Part shown: one piece after another, positions 18,538 to 28,072 of the stretch
Numbering within the stretch: position 1 is the stretch's first letter
How the letters are laid out: the number at the start of each line of letters is the position of its first letter
Assembly (NCBI GenBank): GCA_040754495.1
Contig: JBFMCO010000046.1
Coordinates: 1-61,134 of the forward strand
Origin: Candidatus Micrarchaeota archaeon
Lineage (GTDB): Archaea; Micrarchaeota; Micrarchaeia; Anstonellales; Bilamarchaeaceae
Reading direction: 5' to 3'
Length of the DNA stretch: 61,134 nt
Notes under the pieces: model-generated
Seen by the model: only the letters and a program-made list of their open reading frames with translations
What the model was told of the DNA's origin: nothing
Database searches by the model: none
Translations under genes and position numbers: made by a program

Positions 18538-18586
18538 GGAACAGGGAACCGAAAACCCGAAACCGGAAACCCGGAACCCGAAACCC
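18538..18586. repeat. Degenerate 7-bp tandem array, 7 units
   Basis: GGAACAG GGAACCG AAAACCC GAAACCG GAAACCC GGAACCC GAAACCC. Confidence 0.85.
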
Positions 18587-18620
18587 CCCCGAGAGGACAG
18601 CGTATGCCTGGGTGCGGCCC

Positions 18621-19487
18621 CTATCCCCACTGGCACGTGCCCTGCACGCAGCCGCACGAAACTCCCGCAGCCTCGGAATCGTAGCAGTCGCGCCACTCGC
18701 AGGTCGTTATCGCCGACGGCTCGCCCTTCGACTGGCACACCTGCCCGGAGCATCCGCCCTTCACGCAGTCGGAATCAGACGCGCACGAGCCGCCGGTGCT
18801 CCAGCCGCAGAACGACTGCGTCGTCGGATAGACCTTCCTGCCGTCATACTGGACCTCTACATCGCCGCTGAAGCCGGTTATGTTGATTTCCCACGGGATG
18901 GCCCCGGTGCATTGCACGCAGACCTCCGCATCCGTGGGCTTGCTTGTCAGCTTGAACGTGTAAGCCCCGCTGCTCTTCTCGACGAGCGCGCTCACGAAAT
19001 AGCAGGGGTTCGGGGCGGCAATCCTGCCATAAAGCCTGGTTCCCCATGCGTTGTCCTCGCGCTGGGGCTTCGCCTCGTTCCCGCACTCGCCATGGCCGGA
19101 AAAGAGCGTAACCTTCTCTTCCGGCGGCGTCGCGTTCCCCGGCTCCTCCACGGAGTCGGCTACGGCCACGCACCTGTCATTCACGCATTCGCCGTGCGAG
19201 AGCTGTATCGGGCACATGCACTGCGGCTCGCCCGGCGGGCATTCCGCCTTCTGGTTGTACTTATTGACGTATTCGCCCATGCCGCAGTCGCAGCACTTGT
19301 TGAGCCTGACGCAGTCGCTGTCGTTCCGGCAGTAGTCCTTCACTTCGTAGCCGGGCGGTATTGTGGCGTTTCCGGTTCCCGGTCCACCGTTTCCGGTTGT
19401 GTTGTTCTGGGTTCCGTTTCCGGCGGGGGGCTGCGTGCAGCCCGCGATAACCAGTCCGATGGCCAGGAGAAATGCGAAAGCCTTCAT
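18621..19487 (-). CDS. Secreted Cys-rich lipoprotein-like protein with C-terminal eight-cysteine-cluster domain
   Basis: Signal MKAFAFLLAIGLVIAGC. The C-terminal FCGWSTGGSCASDSDCVKGGCSGQVC...CEWRDC...CGCVQGTCQW matches the archaeal eight-Cys cluster pattern. Confidence 0.8.
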   Translation of the reverse strand: MKAFAFLLAIGLVIAGCTQPPAGNGTQNNTTGNGGPGTGNATIPPGYEVKDYCRNDSDCVRLNKCCDCGMGEYVNKYNQKAECPPGEPQCMCPIQLSHGECVNDRCVAVADSVEEPGNATPPEEKVTLFSGHGECGNEAKPQREDNAWGTRLYGRIAAPNPCYFVSALVEKSSGAYTFKLTSKPTDAEVCVQCTGAIPWEINITGFSGDVEVQYDGRKVYPTTQSFCGWSTGGSCASDSDCVKGGCSGQVCQSKGEPSAITTCEWRDCYDSEAAGVSCGCVQGTCQWG

Positions 19488-19567
19488 GAGCCGGATTCCG
19501 CGTTTCTTTTTAATAAATGGCGCCGCTAAGGGCGCATTTATAATCATATATTAACACATATTACCCT

Positions 19568-21736
19568 ATGCATCCATTATCCCTCAGGCTGATTCCCGAA
19601 GCCGCGCGCGCCTCCGCGATAGCGCTGGCCCTCTCAGGATGCATGCACCCGATGGCCGAAGGGCCGAGGGGCCCCGCGACCGCCATGGCGGCCCCGCAGC
19701 GCACCGCCATAGTCTCCGAGCTCGGGCAGGCAAGGTTCTACGCGCTCATCATCAACGGCGACATGGAGGAGCGGCATCTGCAGAACGTCGAGCGCGCGGT
19801 GGAGGCCCTCAGGGCGAACTCGCTCGACAGGGATTCCATCGTCGTCTCATCCGCGAGCCTCCGCAACGCCACAAGGGAGAAGCTCGACATCATCGTGAGG
19901 GGCATGAGCGGCTGGCTTGGCCCTGCCGACGGCCTCATAGTCTATGTCACCGGCCACGGGACGCCGGAGGGCTTCGTCCTCCAGGACGGGACCATACTCG
20001 CCCATGAGGAATTCGTGTCGATGATGAAGCCCTTCCGGGGAAAAAAGGCAATATTCGTTTTCGATACCTGCTATTCGGGTGCCCTGCCCGGCAAGCTAAT
20101 CGAGGCTGGCTTCGATGCGGTCGGAATGGCCCCGGTAGCCGAAGGCCAGGAGTCGCAATGCCACCTTTTCTCGCCCTACCTCTGGTCCGCGGTCAAAAGC
20201 GGGATGGACTCGAACAACGACGGCAAGACGACTTTCGAGGAGGTCTTCCGCTCGGCTATGGAAGTCTATAACGCGAAAAGGAGGGCCGCGGGGATGGAGC
20301 CGGTCTTCGGCGTATTCGACCGCCCGCTCCCCGAGCTTCATGATTTATCGGAAATCCGGAAGGGGAACGCAATAGTCGAGCTTTCCGCCAGCTGGTGCGG
20401 GCCGTGCAAGATGCAGAGGCGGGAACTCAACACGTTCCGCTCGCTGATGGACGGCGAGGTGAAGGTTTTCACCGTGGATGTCGAGAGCACGCAGCTACTC
20501 CCGGAGCTTCAGCGGGCTGCCGGCCGCGACATCCTCGGCGGGGTGCCGCGCCTGCTTTATTTCAGGGACGGCGCTTTCGTCGACATGGGCACGGGCCTCA
20601 CGGAGACGCCGGCTCTCATCGGGATGGCAGGGAAGGCTTTCGGCCTGGGGAAGGGCGGCAATCCTGTCCTTGTCGGGAAGCTTAAGCAGAACCTCTCGAG
20701 CCGCGATACGCAGCTCCGCTTCGGGAGCCTCTCGGCCCTCCTTGCGATGGGCGTGTGCGATGCGGAAGTGGCGCAGGGGTTCCTCTCCGCCATCAGCCGG
20801 TCCGAGCCCCGGGAAGCCGCAGCGCTGCTTGTCGAGGTCGCGGCGCTTCCCGGATACAAATCCCTGCTCGAGCGCATCGGGCCCGAGGGGGAAAGAAAAA
20901 TAAGCGCGGTCATGGACGATGCGTTCAGGGGCGAGGCCCGCTTCATCGTAAGCCACATCCGAGGTCCGGAGCCGGTCGCCTCATACGCGCGCAACCTGCT
21001 TCTGGGGACTGCGCTCCTCCTGCGGAGGCAGGAGGACGGCATGGGAGTCCTTGGCGATAATGTCCCGATGTTTTCGCTGAGGCTGGCCGGCTCTCTCAGC
21101 ATCCTCAGGGAAGAGGCACGCCCTCTCGTCCTGGAGCGCCTTCAGACATCAACCGATTATCAGTTTTACTGGGCGACTCTCTCAGGCTTCCTCGGATACG
21201 CCGAGGCGGTCCCGCGCCTCAGCGCTCTTGCGGCGGAAGGCAAGGACATCGGAGTGCGGATGGCATCCATCTTCGCCCTCGGCAACATAGCAGAGCCTTC
21301 ATCCCTCGACCCCGTGAAGGGATTCGCCAAAAGCAGGGACGCGAAAATCAGGCGCTCGGCAGTCCTCGCGCTCTCCCGCTTCTACGTGACGCGTGAATCC
21401 AGCATCCAGTCCCAGGACGGGACGACAATCATAAGCAAAAGGGTGCCGGCCGCATTCGATACGATAAAATCCGCCATGAAGGACGCCCATCCTTCCGTGA
21501 GGCTCGCGGCCGCGCTGGCGATGGGCGACATCGGGACTGACGAGGCGCTAAAAGCAGTAGTCTCCCTCAGGCGCGACCCGGTACCGCAGGTAAGGCTCGG
21601 CGTGCTGAGCGCGCTCTCATCCATAAGGGGCGAGGAAGCCCTCCGCTACATAGACGATATGGCAAAGAACGACAAGGATGCGGGGCTCCGCTCGGATGCC
21701 GAAGGCGTCGCAAGGGAGCTGCGGGCGCGGAAATGA
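19568..21736 (+). CDS. Multidomain protein: caspase/legumain-like (C13/C14) protease domain + thioredoxin domain + HEAT repeats
   Basis: LSGC signal, YVTGHG and VFDTCYSG (His/Cys dyad), SASWCGPCK, and repeated R.SAV.AL/VRLAAALAMG helices. Confidence 0.75.
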   Translation: MHPLSLRLIPEAARASAIALALSGCMHPMAEGPRGPATAMAAPQRTAIVSELGQARFYALIINGDMEERHLQNVERAVEALRANSLDRDSIVVSSASLRNATREKLDIIVRGMSGWLGPADGLIVYVTGHGTPEGFVLQDGTILAHEEFVSMMKPFRGKKAIFVFDTCYSGALPGKLIEAGFDAVGMAPVAEGQESQCHLFSPYLWSAVKSGMDSNNDGKTTFEEVFRSAMEVYNAKRRAAGMEPVFGVFDRPLPELHDLSEIRKGNAIVELSASWCGPCKMQRRELNTFRSLMDGEVKVFTVDVESTQLLPELQRAAGRDILGGVPRLLYFRDGAFVDMGTGLTETPALIGMAGKAFGLGKGGNPVLVGKLKQNLSSRDTQLRFGSLSALLAMGVCDAEVAQGFLSAISRSEPREAAALLVEVAALPGYKSLLERIGPEGERKISAVMDDAFRGEARFIVSHIRGPEPVASYARNLLLGTALLLRRQEDGMGVLGDNVPMFSLRLAGSLSILREEARPLVLERLQTSTDYQFYWATLSGFLGYAEAVPRLSALAAEGKDIGVRMASIFALGNIAEPSSLDPVKGFAKSRDAKIRRSAVLALSRFYVTRESSIQSQDGTTIISKRVPAAFDTIKSAMKDAHPSVRLAAALAMGDIGTDEALKAVVSLRRDPVPQVRLGVLSALSSIRGEEALRYIDDMAKNDKDAGLRSDAEGVARELRARK

Positions 21737-21778
21737 GCCCCCGGAACCTATTCAAAACCCAAAACCCATAACCAGCCC

Positions 21779-22837
21779 ATGCGCACCGGAACAATCGACC
21801 TCCCATTGCATGGCGGCAAGTGCCCGCCGTGGCTTTTCTGGCGCATGCGCTCCCTTGCCCGCGAGATTTCGCGCATAATCATCGACAGCTATGGCACGAA
21901 AGAGCTTCTGTCCCGCCTTGCCGACCCGATGTTCTTCCAGGCGTTCAGCTGCGCCATAGGCTTCGACTGGCACTCGTCCGGGACGACCACCACCGCATGC
22001 GGGGCGCTCAAGGAGGCGCTGACTCCCGAAATGGGCGTGATGGCTGCCGGGGGCAAGGGGAGGGCGTCAAGGAACGCGCTCGATGAGCTTTCCTCAAGGT
22101 GCCAAATCTTCGGCCTCGACAGCGCTCCGCTCGTGAAAGCGAGCGTGATGAGCGCTAAAGTGGACGGCTGCTGCATACAGGACGGCTACGAGCTTTACCA
22201 CCATTCCTTCTTTTTCGACGAGAAAGGCAACTGGGCTGTCGTGCAGCAGGGGCTGGATGATGCAAGCGGATACGCGCGCCGCTACCACTGGCTGAACGCA
22301 AGCAGTTTCGTGGACGACCCTCCTGACAAAATCGCCGGCGTCCCGAAGCCCGAAACCCTGAACCTGGTCAGCAAAGACAGCGCGGAGGCGCGGAAAATCT
22401 CGGTGGAACTCGTCAACGACAACCCCGTCCACCTGCGCAAGTATCTAACAGGCCAGACCACCCTGCTGGACGACCACCGCCGCCTCCCCCAAAGGCACGA
22501 AATCCTGCGCTGCGACCTCACCGAGCGCGACTGGAAGCTCCTTAATGACGCCTACGATCTCCAGCCGCAGAATTACGAGGAGCTTGTCTGCCTGCGCGGA
22601 ATGGGGAAGAAGAAGTTGCGCGCTCTTGCGCTGCTTTCAAAGCTCATCCACGGGACTGAACTCGACTGGAAGGACCCGGTGAAATACTCATTCGCCCACG
22701 GAGGCAAGGACGGCATCCCATATCCCGTGGACCGCGAGTCGTACGACCATACGATACGGTTTTTGCGCGACGCCATCGACGGAATCGGGCTGAAGGAAAA
22801 GAGCGGTGCGCTTGTCCGGCTGGCTGCGATTTCATGA
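21779..22837 (+). CDS. DUF763 family protein
   Basis: GTIDLPLHGGKCPPWLF, IGFDWHSSGTTT, IQDGYELYHH, WAVVQQG, RRYHW and FAHGGKDGIPYPVDR. Confidence 0.9.
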   Translation: MRTGTIDLPLHGGKCPPWLFWRMRSLAREISRIIIDSYGTKELLSRLADPMFFQAFSCAIGFDWHSSGTTTTACGALKEALTPEMGVMAAGGKGRASRNALDELSSRCQIFGLDSAPLVKASVMSAKVDGCCIQDGYELYHHSFFFDEKGNWAVVQQGLDDASGYARRYHWLNASSFVDDPPDKIAGVPKPETLNLVSKDSAEARKISVELVNDNPVHLRKYLTGQTTLLDDHRRLPQRHEILRCDLTERDWKLLNDAYDLQPQNYEELVCLRGMGKKKLRALALLSKLIHGTELDWKDPVKYSFAHGGKDGIPYPVDRESYDHTIRFLRDAIDGIGLKEKSGALVRLAAIS

Positions 22838-24211
22838 CGCCCCGGAAAAGGAAGACGGCCTCACCGCGTTCCTTTTCCAGTATTTTTTTATCGCGTCATA
22901 CAGCTCAGAGCTGCCCTCGGAGGTATCGTCCGGCTCCGGTCCGAGCCTGAAGTTGAAATCGTTTTGCGCCTCGTTGTATCTCTCCGATAAGGGCTGCCAG
23001 GACCAGATGGCGTAGTTCATGCCGCTTTCCTCGAACCTGGCCATCTCGTCATCCAGGAACTCCGCGGCGCCCGGCTGCCACCTTTGCACGCCGTATTCGG
23101 TTACCGCCACCGGTGCGCCGCGCTCAGCCTTGAAATCATCAGCGGTGCCGAGAAGGCCGTCTATCCACGCCTTGTCGAAGTCCTCTTCGTTTTCGTCATA
23201 ATCAGTGTCGAATCTTCCCGGGTATCCGTTGCCCAGCCCGAACGCCTGGTGCGTGTACTGCTCCTGGGGCTCGTACTGGTGGAACGTATATACCGTCCGG
23301 TTGTCCGCACCCGCCTTGATGTAAGGAAGCCACCTGACGCTGCTCCAGCTCATACCCCCGATGAGTATCGGCGTATCGTTATCCACTTCCCGTATGGCCC
23401 CGCTCAAGCGCGGGTGCATCTGGTTCCAGTCATAGGTGGTGTCGCCGTATGCAGCGTAGAACTCTGAAGGCTCATACATGTCCAGCCACACGCCGTTCGA
23501 GTTCGGCTCCACCATCAGCTCGTATCCGACGACGTTGGAGCGGTTCCGGTACCGTGCTGCCGCGTACCTCCACATCTCCACCCATTTGTCCTGGGCGTTC
23601 TTGTCCTTCCAGACGTCGTCGTTGAGATGGCTCATGCCGAACTGGTCGTCCTCTTCCACGCCGAAAAACCCGAATTCGCTCCTTCCCGGCCCGGTACGGA
23701 ACGCAATCACGACGAACAAGTCCGCCTCCTGCGCCATGTCTATGAATCTGTCAAGATTGTCCTGCACGCTCTTGTTCAGCGCGTATGGCGGCAAATCATC
23801 GTACAATCCGGGATGCGAGAGCACGACCACGTTTGCGCCGGCGGCGGAGAGCGCGTCAAAATCCTCCTGCGTGAAGACCGGTCCGAGCGGGCCGCTGCCC
23901 CACGCCTCCGGGTCGTCATACCCGTCCGGGTACACGTGCCGCTGGTAGATATCAGCCCCCCGCAGCAGCGTGCCGTTGGACCAGAGCGAGAACTTGTCCA
24001 GGGCCGGCGCGGCGGACGGCGGAGCGCTGTCTGTCGTGTTAGTCCCTGCTGGCGCTGTTGCGTTTTCCGGCGCTGCAGGGTCGTTCGGCTGCGACGGAGG
24101 AGCGGGGGCCGGTAAAACGGTTGCATTTACGGGAGCCTCGGGCACTGGCTGGGCGCAGCCGAAAAGAAAAGCCACCGATGCGAGGAGAAGGACAAAAAGA
24201 GAGGGTCTCAT
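22832..24211 (-). CDS. Glycoside hydrolase family 5 (cellulase-like), lipoprotein-like
   Basis: FGC signal and Pro-rich linker; GANVVVL, VVGYELMVEP (acid/base), TFHQYEP and VAVTEYG (nucleophile); YAIWSW. Confidence 0.8.
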   Translation of the reverse strand: MRPSLFVLLLASVAFLFGCAQPVPEAPVNATVLPAPAPPSQPNDPAAPENATAPAGTNTTDSAPPSAAPALDKFSLWSNGTLLRGADIYQRHVYPDGYDDPEAWGSGPLGPVFTQEDFDALSAAGANVVVLSHPGLYDDLPPYALNKSVQDNLDRFIDMAQEADLFVVIAFRTGPGRSEFGFFGVEEDDQFGMSHLNDDVWKDKNAQDKWVEMWRYAAARYRNRSNVVGYELMVEPNSNGVWLDMYEPSEFYAAYGDTTYDWNQMHPRLSGAIREVDNDTPILIGGMSWSSVRWLPYIKAGADNRTVYTFHQYEPQEQYTHQAFGLGNGYPGRFDTDYDENEEDFDKAWIDGLLGTADDFKAERGAPVAVTEYGVQRWQPGAAEFLDDEMARFEESGMNYAIWSWQPLSERYNEAQNDFNFRLGPEPDDTSEGSSELYDAIKKYWKRNAVRPSSFSGAS

Positions 24212-24316
24212 GGATTGGCTCGGTGCCCGAACCTTATAAATGTGCTTTAAGGGTTCCGGCCCAGTTCCCAAACAGGAAACCGGGGCCGGAAACCCCACCA
24301 CTCCTACCCACCAGCA

Positions 24317-25096
24317 TCAGTCTTTTCCCCGCGCCTCGAGCCTCGAGGCGAGGCGGCCTGCTTCCTCCCTGACTAGCGCATTCCCATCGCGCTCCCGCAC
24401 CGAATGCAGTTCGGCGAGCACGCAGCCGAGGCCTGATTCGTCCAGCCCCCCGGCCAGCCCCTCCAGCCTCCTGAGGGCCTTCAGCCTCGGCGCATAGCGC
24501 TTCGGGCGCCTGGGGTTGCCCCCGAGCAGGCCGAGCTGCTCCCTTATCCTCCCGGGAAGCCGCTCCTCGCAAAACAGCGTGAAGGTCCTCATCTTCTCCC
24601 CGAAGGCGTCCGACAGGGATTCTATGAGGTCGCCGTACCTCAGCGAAAGCGACATGAAATGCGATATGTAGTCCGTCCCCCCTATGGAAACGTCCACGAG
24701 CCGCCCGGCAGCGCCGCCCTGCGGGGCCTGCACCATGAGCATCTGCACCTGCTCCATCTCGCCCCCCTCCACGAAAGGCGTGCATGTCCCGGGCCGCATG
24801 CTCGGAAGCACCTCGCGCGCAAGGGCTAGCTCGGTATACCTCAGGTCGTCGTGCTGGCTGCAGATTTCCGGAAGGTCGAGCCTTTCCCCGGCAGTCGAAA
24901 CAACGAGGTACACCTTCCCCCCGTCGACAAAGGTTTCGCGGCAGCATAATGTCCTGACGACGCTTTCCGCGCTGAGCCCGGCCACCCTCGCCTTGTCCTT
25001 GCACGTCGACGTAGGCTCCGGCAGCATGACGAGCGTTGCCCTGCCGCTCCGTATCAGCATTTCGAGGTAAGGCCTGCCTGCAAGGCGCATGTCCAT
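24317..25096 (-). CDS. YbaK/ProX-like aminoacyl-tRNA editing domain protein with C-terminal helical extension (start uncertain)
   Basis: TCKDKARVAGL.AESVVRTL, YLVV.TAGERLDL, PGTCTPF and VSIGG follow the YbaK-fold pattern. Confidence 0.55.
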   Translation of the reverse strand: MDMRLAGRPYLEMLIRSGRATLVMLPEPTSTCKDKARVAGLSAESVVRTLCCRETFVDGGKVYLVVSTAGERLDLPEICSQHDDLRYTELALAREVLPSMRPGTCTPFVEGGEMEQVQMLMVQAPQGGAAGRLVDVSIGGTDYISHFMSLSLRYGDLIESLSDAFGEKMRTFTLFCEERLPGRIREQLGLLGGNPRRPKRYAPRLKALRRLEGLAGGLDESGLGCVLAELHSVRERDGNALVREEAGRLASRLEARGKD

Positions 25097-25383
25097 CCCG
25101 AGGCCATTCCACTCCCGCGAATCCGGCTCTATGGCTCTCGAGCGCGCATCCGGCGCCAGCTTGAGGCGCCCTGTTTCCCTGGAGAATCCCGGCGCGCTCC
25201 GGGCCTCGGGTGCAATCCTGAACGTAGGTCGGCTCATGGGACGGACACGCGAATGGCCCAAATATAAATATTAACCCGAATCAATCGGAAATTGTCCAAA
25301 AAAAGCTCATATTTTTATACTTATGCCGGATATTATCCAATACAATAGACGGAAAAGCAGATGATGGGGATACAAAACCCCAA

Positions 25384-25863
25384 ATGGGGAAGCTTGAGGG
25401 TTTTGATGTGAAGGAGATAAAGCTGGATGAAACAGATTACCTGCTCCTTGATGCTCTGAAGAAAGACGCAAGGCAGACCATCGCCGAGCTGTCGAGTGCG
25501 CTCGGCGTACCCCGTGCAACAGTGCACGAACGGATAATGCGGATGAAGAAGGCGGGCGTGATAAAGCGCTTTACCATCGAGGAGGATTACTCCAAGACCG
25601 GCCTTCCGACGCTGTCCTTCGTGTTCGCCGAGTACGACCGGCAGTCCCGAGTGAACCAGCACGAGGTCGCGCGGCAGATAGCGAAGATAAGCGGGGTGCT
25701 CGGGGTCTACATCGTTTCCGGGGAGTGGGACCTCCTCATCAAGGTGAGGGGAAAGACGATAGAGGACATCGGCAACCTGATACTCGACAGGATACGCGGC
25801 ACGCCGGGCGTCTTCAAGACGTACACGATGGCCTGCTTCGACGTTGCGAAAGACGAGATTTGA
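25384..25863 (+). CDS. Lrp/AsnC family transcriptional regulator
   Basis: LDETDYLLLDALKKDARQTIAELSSALGVPRATVHERIMRM HTH, plus an effector domain (VSGEWDLLIKV). Confidence 0.93.
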   Translation: MGKLEGFDVKEIKLDETDYLLLDALKKDARQTIAELSSALGVPRATVHERIMRMKKAGVIKRFTIEEDYSKTGLPTLSFVFAEYDRQSRVNQHEVARQIAKISGVLGVYIVSGEWDLLIKVRGKTIEDIGNLILDRIRGTPGVFKTYTMACFDVAKDEI

Positions 25864-26934
25864 TCAGCCGAGCCTTTCAAGGAGCTTGGAATAAAGCCCG
25901 GCCACTTCGCGGAGGCTCTTCACGCTCACCCACTCGTCGGCCCGGTGCTCGTTGCGCCCCTCCGGCCCTATGATTGCGATGGGGATTCCGAGCAGGGCGA
26001 GGGCATTCTCGTCCCCGACGCTGCTCCCGATGTGCAGCGAAGGCTCGCCGAGGCTTTCCTGCACGATGCCCGCGACGCGGCTTATGAACGGGTGATTCTC
26101 GAACGAATACGGCTCCAGGTAGGGCGTCTGCCGCTTTTTCAGCCCAGCAGGCGCGCCGAAGTGCGTTGAAAGCAGCCCCTGGAAGTCCGTGCCTTTCTCC
26201 GAGGGGTGTATGAGCACATCGACGTCCATCTCGGCCTTGTCCGGGACGCTCAGGCCCCGCGAGCTAGCGCAGAAGCGCCTCACGACAATCCTGCTTGCTG
26301 TCTTTGGCATCGAATGCATGCACGAGTGCAGCCAGTCCACCCAGTCCTGCCCGGCTGTGGCCGCGTGGCCGGCGCCGAGCTCCTTCACGAGATGGAACGC
26401 CTTCCTCCCCTGCCTTCCATATGATATGTGCCGTGCCCCGCCATAAGTGCCGGGCTCGTTTCCGGCCTCGGCGGAGATAATGCCATTTATGCCTTTGAAG
26501 AACCCCTTATCCCCGATGGCCTTCCAGCCGCCCTTGCTGATTTCCTCCTCGTCCACAGTGACGAGGACCGCCATGTCCTTTGCACCTTGCGCCGCATGCA
26601 GGATGGCCGCCAGCCCTCCTTTCATGTCCCACGCGCCGAGGCCGTAAGCCCTGTCCCCCTCCACGGTCAGCCTCAACGGATTCTTCGCCCACGAATCCAC
26701 GGGGGGAACGGTGTCCATGTGGCCGAAGAACAGGAGCGAGGGCTCCCCCTTGCGCGCAAAAATGTTGCTCCTCCTGCCTTCAACTGCCTGGTAGCGGACG
26801 TCGAAGCCGGACGCGGAGAGAGCATCCCCTATGCGCGCGGCTATCCGCTCCTCGCGGCCGGAAACGGAGCCTGTCTCAACAAGCCCCTTCAGTATCTCCA
26901 GGACATCATGCTGCGGTCGCCGGGACAAGCTCAT
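25864..26934 (-). CDS. M20 family metallopeptidase/deacylase (ArgE/DapE-like)
   Basis: FGHMDTV, YGLGAWDMKGG, TVDEEE, AEAG and EHRADEWV. Confidence 0.88.
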   Translation of the reverse strand: MSLSRRPQHDVLEILKGLVETGSVSGREERIAARIGDALSASGFDVRYQAVEGRRSNIFARKGEPSLLFFGHMDTVPPVDSWAKNPLRLTVEGDRAYGLGAWDMKGGLAAILHAAQGAKDMAVLVTVDEEEISKGGWKAIGDKGFFKGINGIISAEAGNEPGTYGGARHISYGRQGRKAFHLVKELGAGHAATAGQDWVDWLHSCMHSMPKTASRIVVRRFCASSRGLSVPDKAEMDVDVLIHPSEKGTDFQGLLSTHFGAPAGLKKRQTPYLEPYSFENHPFISRVAGIVQESLGEPSLHIGSSVGDENALALLGIPIAIIGPEGRNEHRADEWVSVKSLREVAGLYSKLLERLG

Positions 26935-27937
26935 GCTCCAGCCCCTCCTTGCGGGAATAGCTCTGCGTAGGGGGATTAATACCTATCCCTCCGGAAAGGC
27001 CGAGCAGGAAGCCCCGGGCCTCGGCGATGCCCTGCTGGGTGCTCATTCCTGATGCCACCCGCTCATAGACCGCTATCGCGAGGCCGACCATATGCGTCTC
27101 CTCCTCCAGCGACGCGATGGCGTCTATCGCCCTGAACTCCACGCTTATGTTGCCGTTCTCGAGGCGCAAGTCCGGCCTGATGCGGGCCGGGCTGAACAAC
27201 TTGTCAGGGGTGAGCGTGAGCGGCCCCCCGTCAGGGAACATGCGCGGGAACATGGCCATTGCCGCAGCTTCCGTGCCTTCCCTGGCCATCCTCGCGCGCA
27301 TCATCAGCGACATGCGCTCCATGAAGTCGGAAAAATCCGCCATGCTCCGGAAATCCTGCGGCAATATGAGCTCGCCGAACTCCCTTGCAAGGGTCCCGGT
27401 CATCTCGAGCCTACCCCTCCCGCCGCCGAGCATGCTGCTCATGGTCATGAACCATGGCGCGAGCGCGTTCATCTGCCGGTAAGCATGGACCGCGACCTCG
27501 GTGGGCGTCTCGAAGTGCACATGGAGCGAGTTCGCGTGCACGAGGGCATCCACCGTGCCCGGGAATGCGAGCGTGGTGAAATACTCGTTGTGCCCCGGAT
27601 ACGCATGCGCGGGCTGGTTCGTCCAGCACGGCCGGACGCCCAATGAGCCTGAAATGTCCTCGACGCCTGCCCTGAGCGAGGACAATTTGTCGGCGAAAGA
27701 CGCCTTGTCTATGAGCGAGAACTTGACCTCGACCGAATTGTGGGCGACCTCCCTGTCTATGCATGATATCCCGATGGCAGCGGCGCGCGACTCGAGCGCG
27801 CTCCTGAACCTGTCCATCTCCCCCCTGTGCAGGGGCCTGCCTTCTTTCCAGAGGGAGAACTCCCTCTCCATGCTTATCCGGGGCATATGAGTCACCCTTG
27901 TGGCTCCATCTACTCTTTTGGGAAGCACTGTCGTCAT
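26906..27937 (-). CDS. Glutamate-cysteine ligase family 2 (carboxylate-amine ligase)-like protein
   Basis: SMEREF, DREVAHNSVEV, NSLHVHF, ARIRP and VEFRAID match the GCS2 motif order. Confidence 0.7.
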   Translation of the reverse strand: MTTVLPKRVDGATRVTHMPRISMEREFSLWKEGRPLHRGEMDRFRSALESRAAAIGISCIDREVAHNSVEVKFSLIDKASFADKLSSLRAGVEDISGSLGVRPCWTNQPAHAYPGHNEYFTTLAFPGTVDALVHANSLHVHFETPTEVAVHAYRQMNALAPWFMTMSSMLGGGRGRLEMTGTLAREFGELILPQDFRSMADFSDFMERMSLMMRARMAREGTEAAAMAMFPRMFPDGGPLTLTPDKLFSPARIRPDLRLENGNISVEFRAIDAIASLEEETHMVGLAIAVYERVASGMSTQQGIAEARGFLLGLSGGIGINPPTQSYSRKEGLEHELVPATAA

Positions 27938-28072
27938 GGATTAATATCTGTGTGTATCACTTTTTAAATATATCGTAAAGATTCTACTAATTTCGTAATA
28001 AAGTCGGCACATTATTTCGTAATTCGAATCAGGCGCCGTCCGCTTTATTATCCTTAGCCGAGTGGATGCTCC

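Noticed and set aside
18274-18586. Possible mini-CRISPR or replication origin (ORB-like GGAAAC boxes)
   Set aside because: There are no 25-40 bp repeats with unique spacers, no cas or cdc6/orc1 gene nearby, and the spacer region is explained by tRNA-Tyr. No CRISPR array was seen anywhere in the window.
19366-19425. Heptamer-like tract in the linker of the eight-Cys protein
   Set aside because: The period is irregular (6-8 bp) and is adequately explained by Gly/Asn/Thr codon repetition, so it is not counted as a firm array.
28021-28037. TTCGAATC T-loop-like motif suggesting a tRNA
   Set aside because: There is no T-stem or acceptor stem pairing around it.
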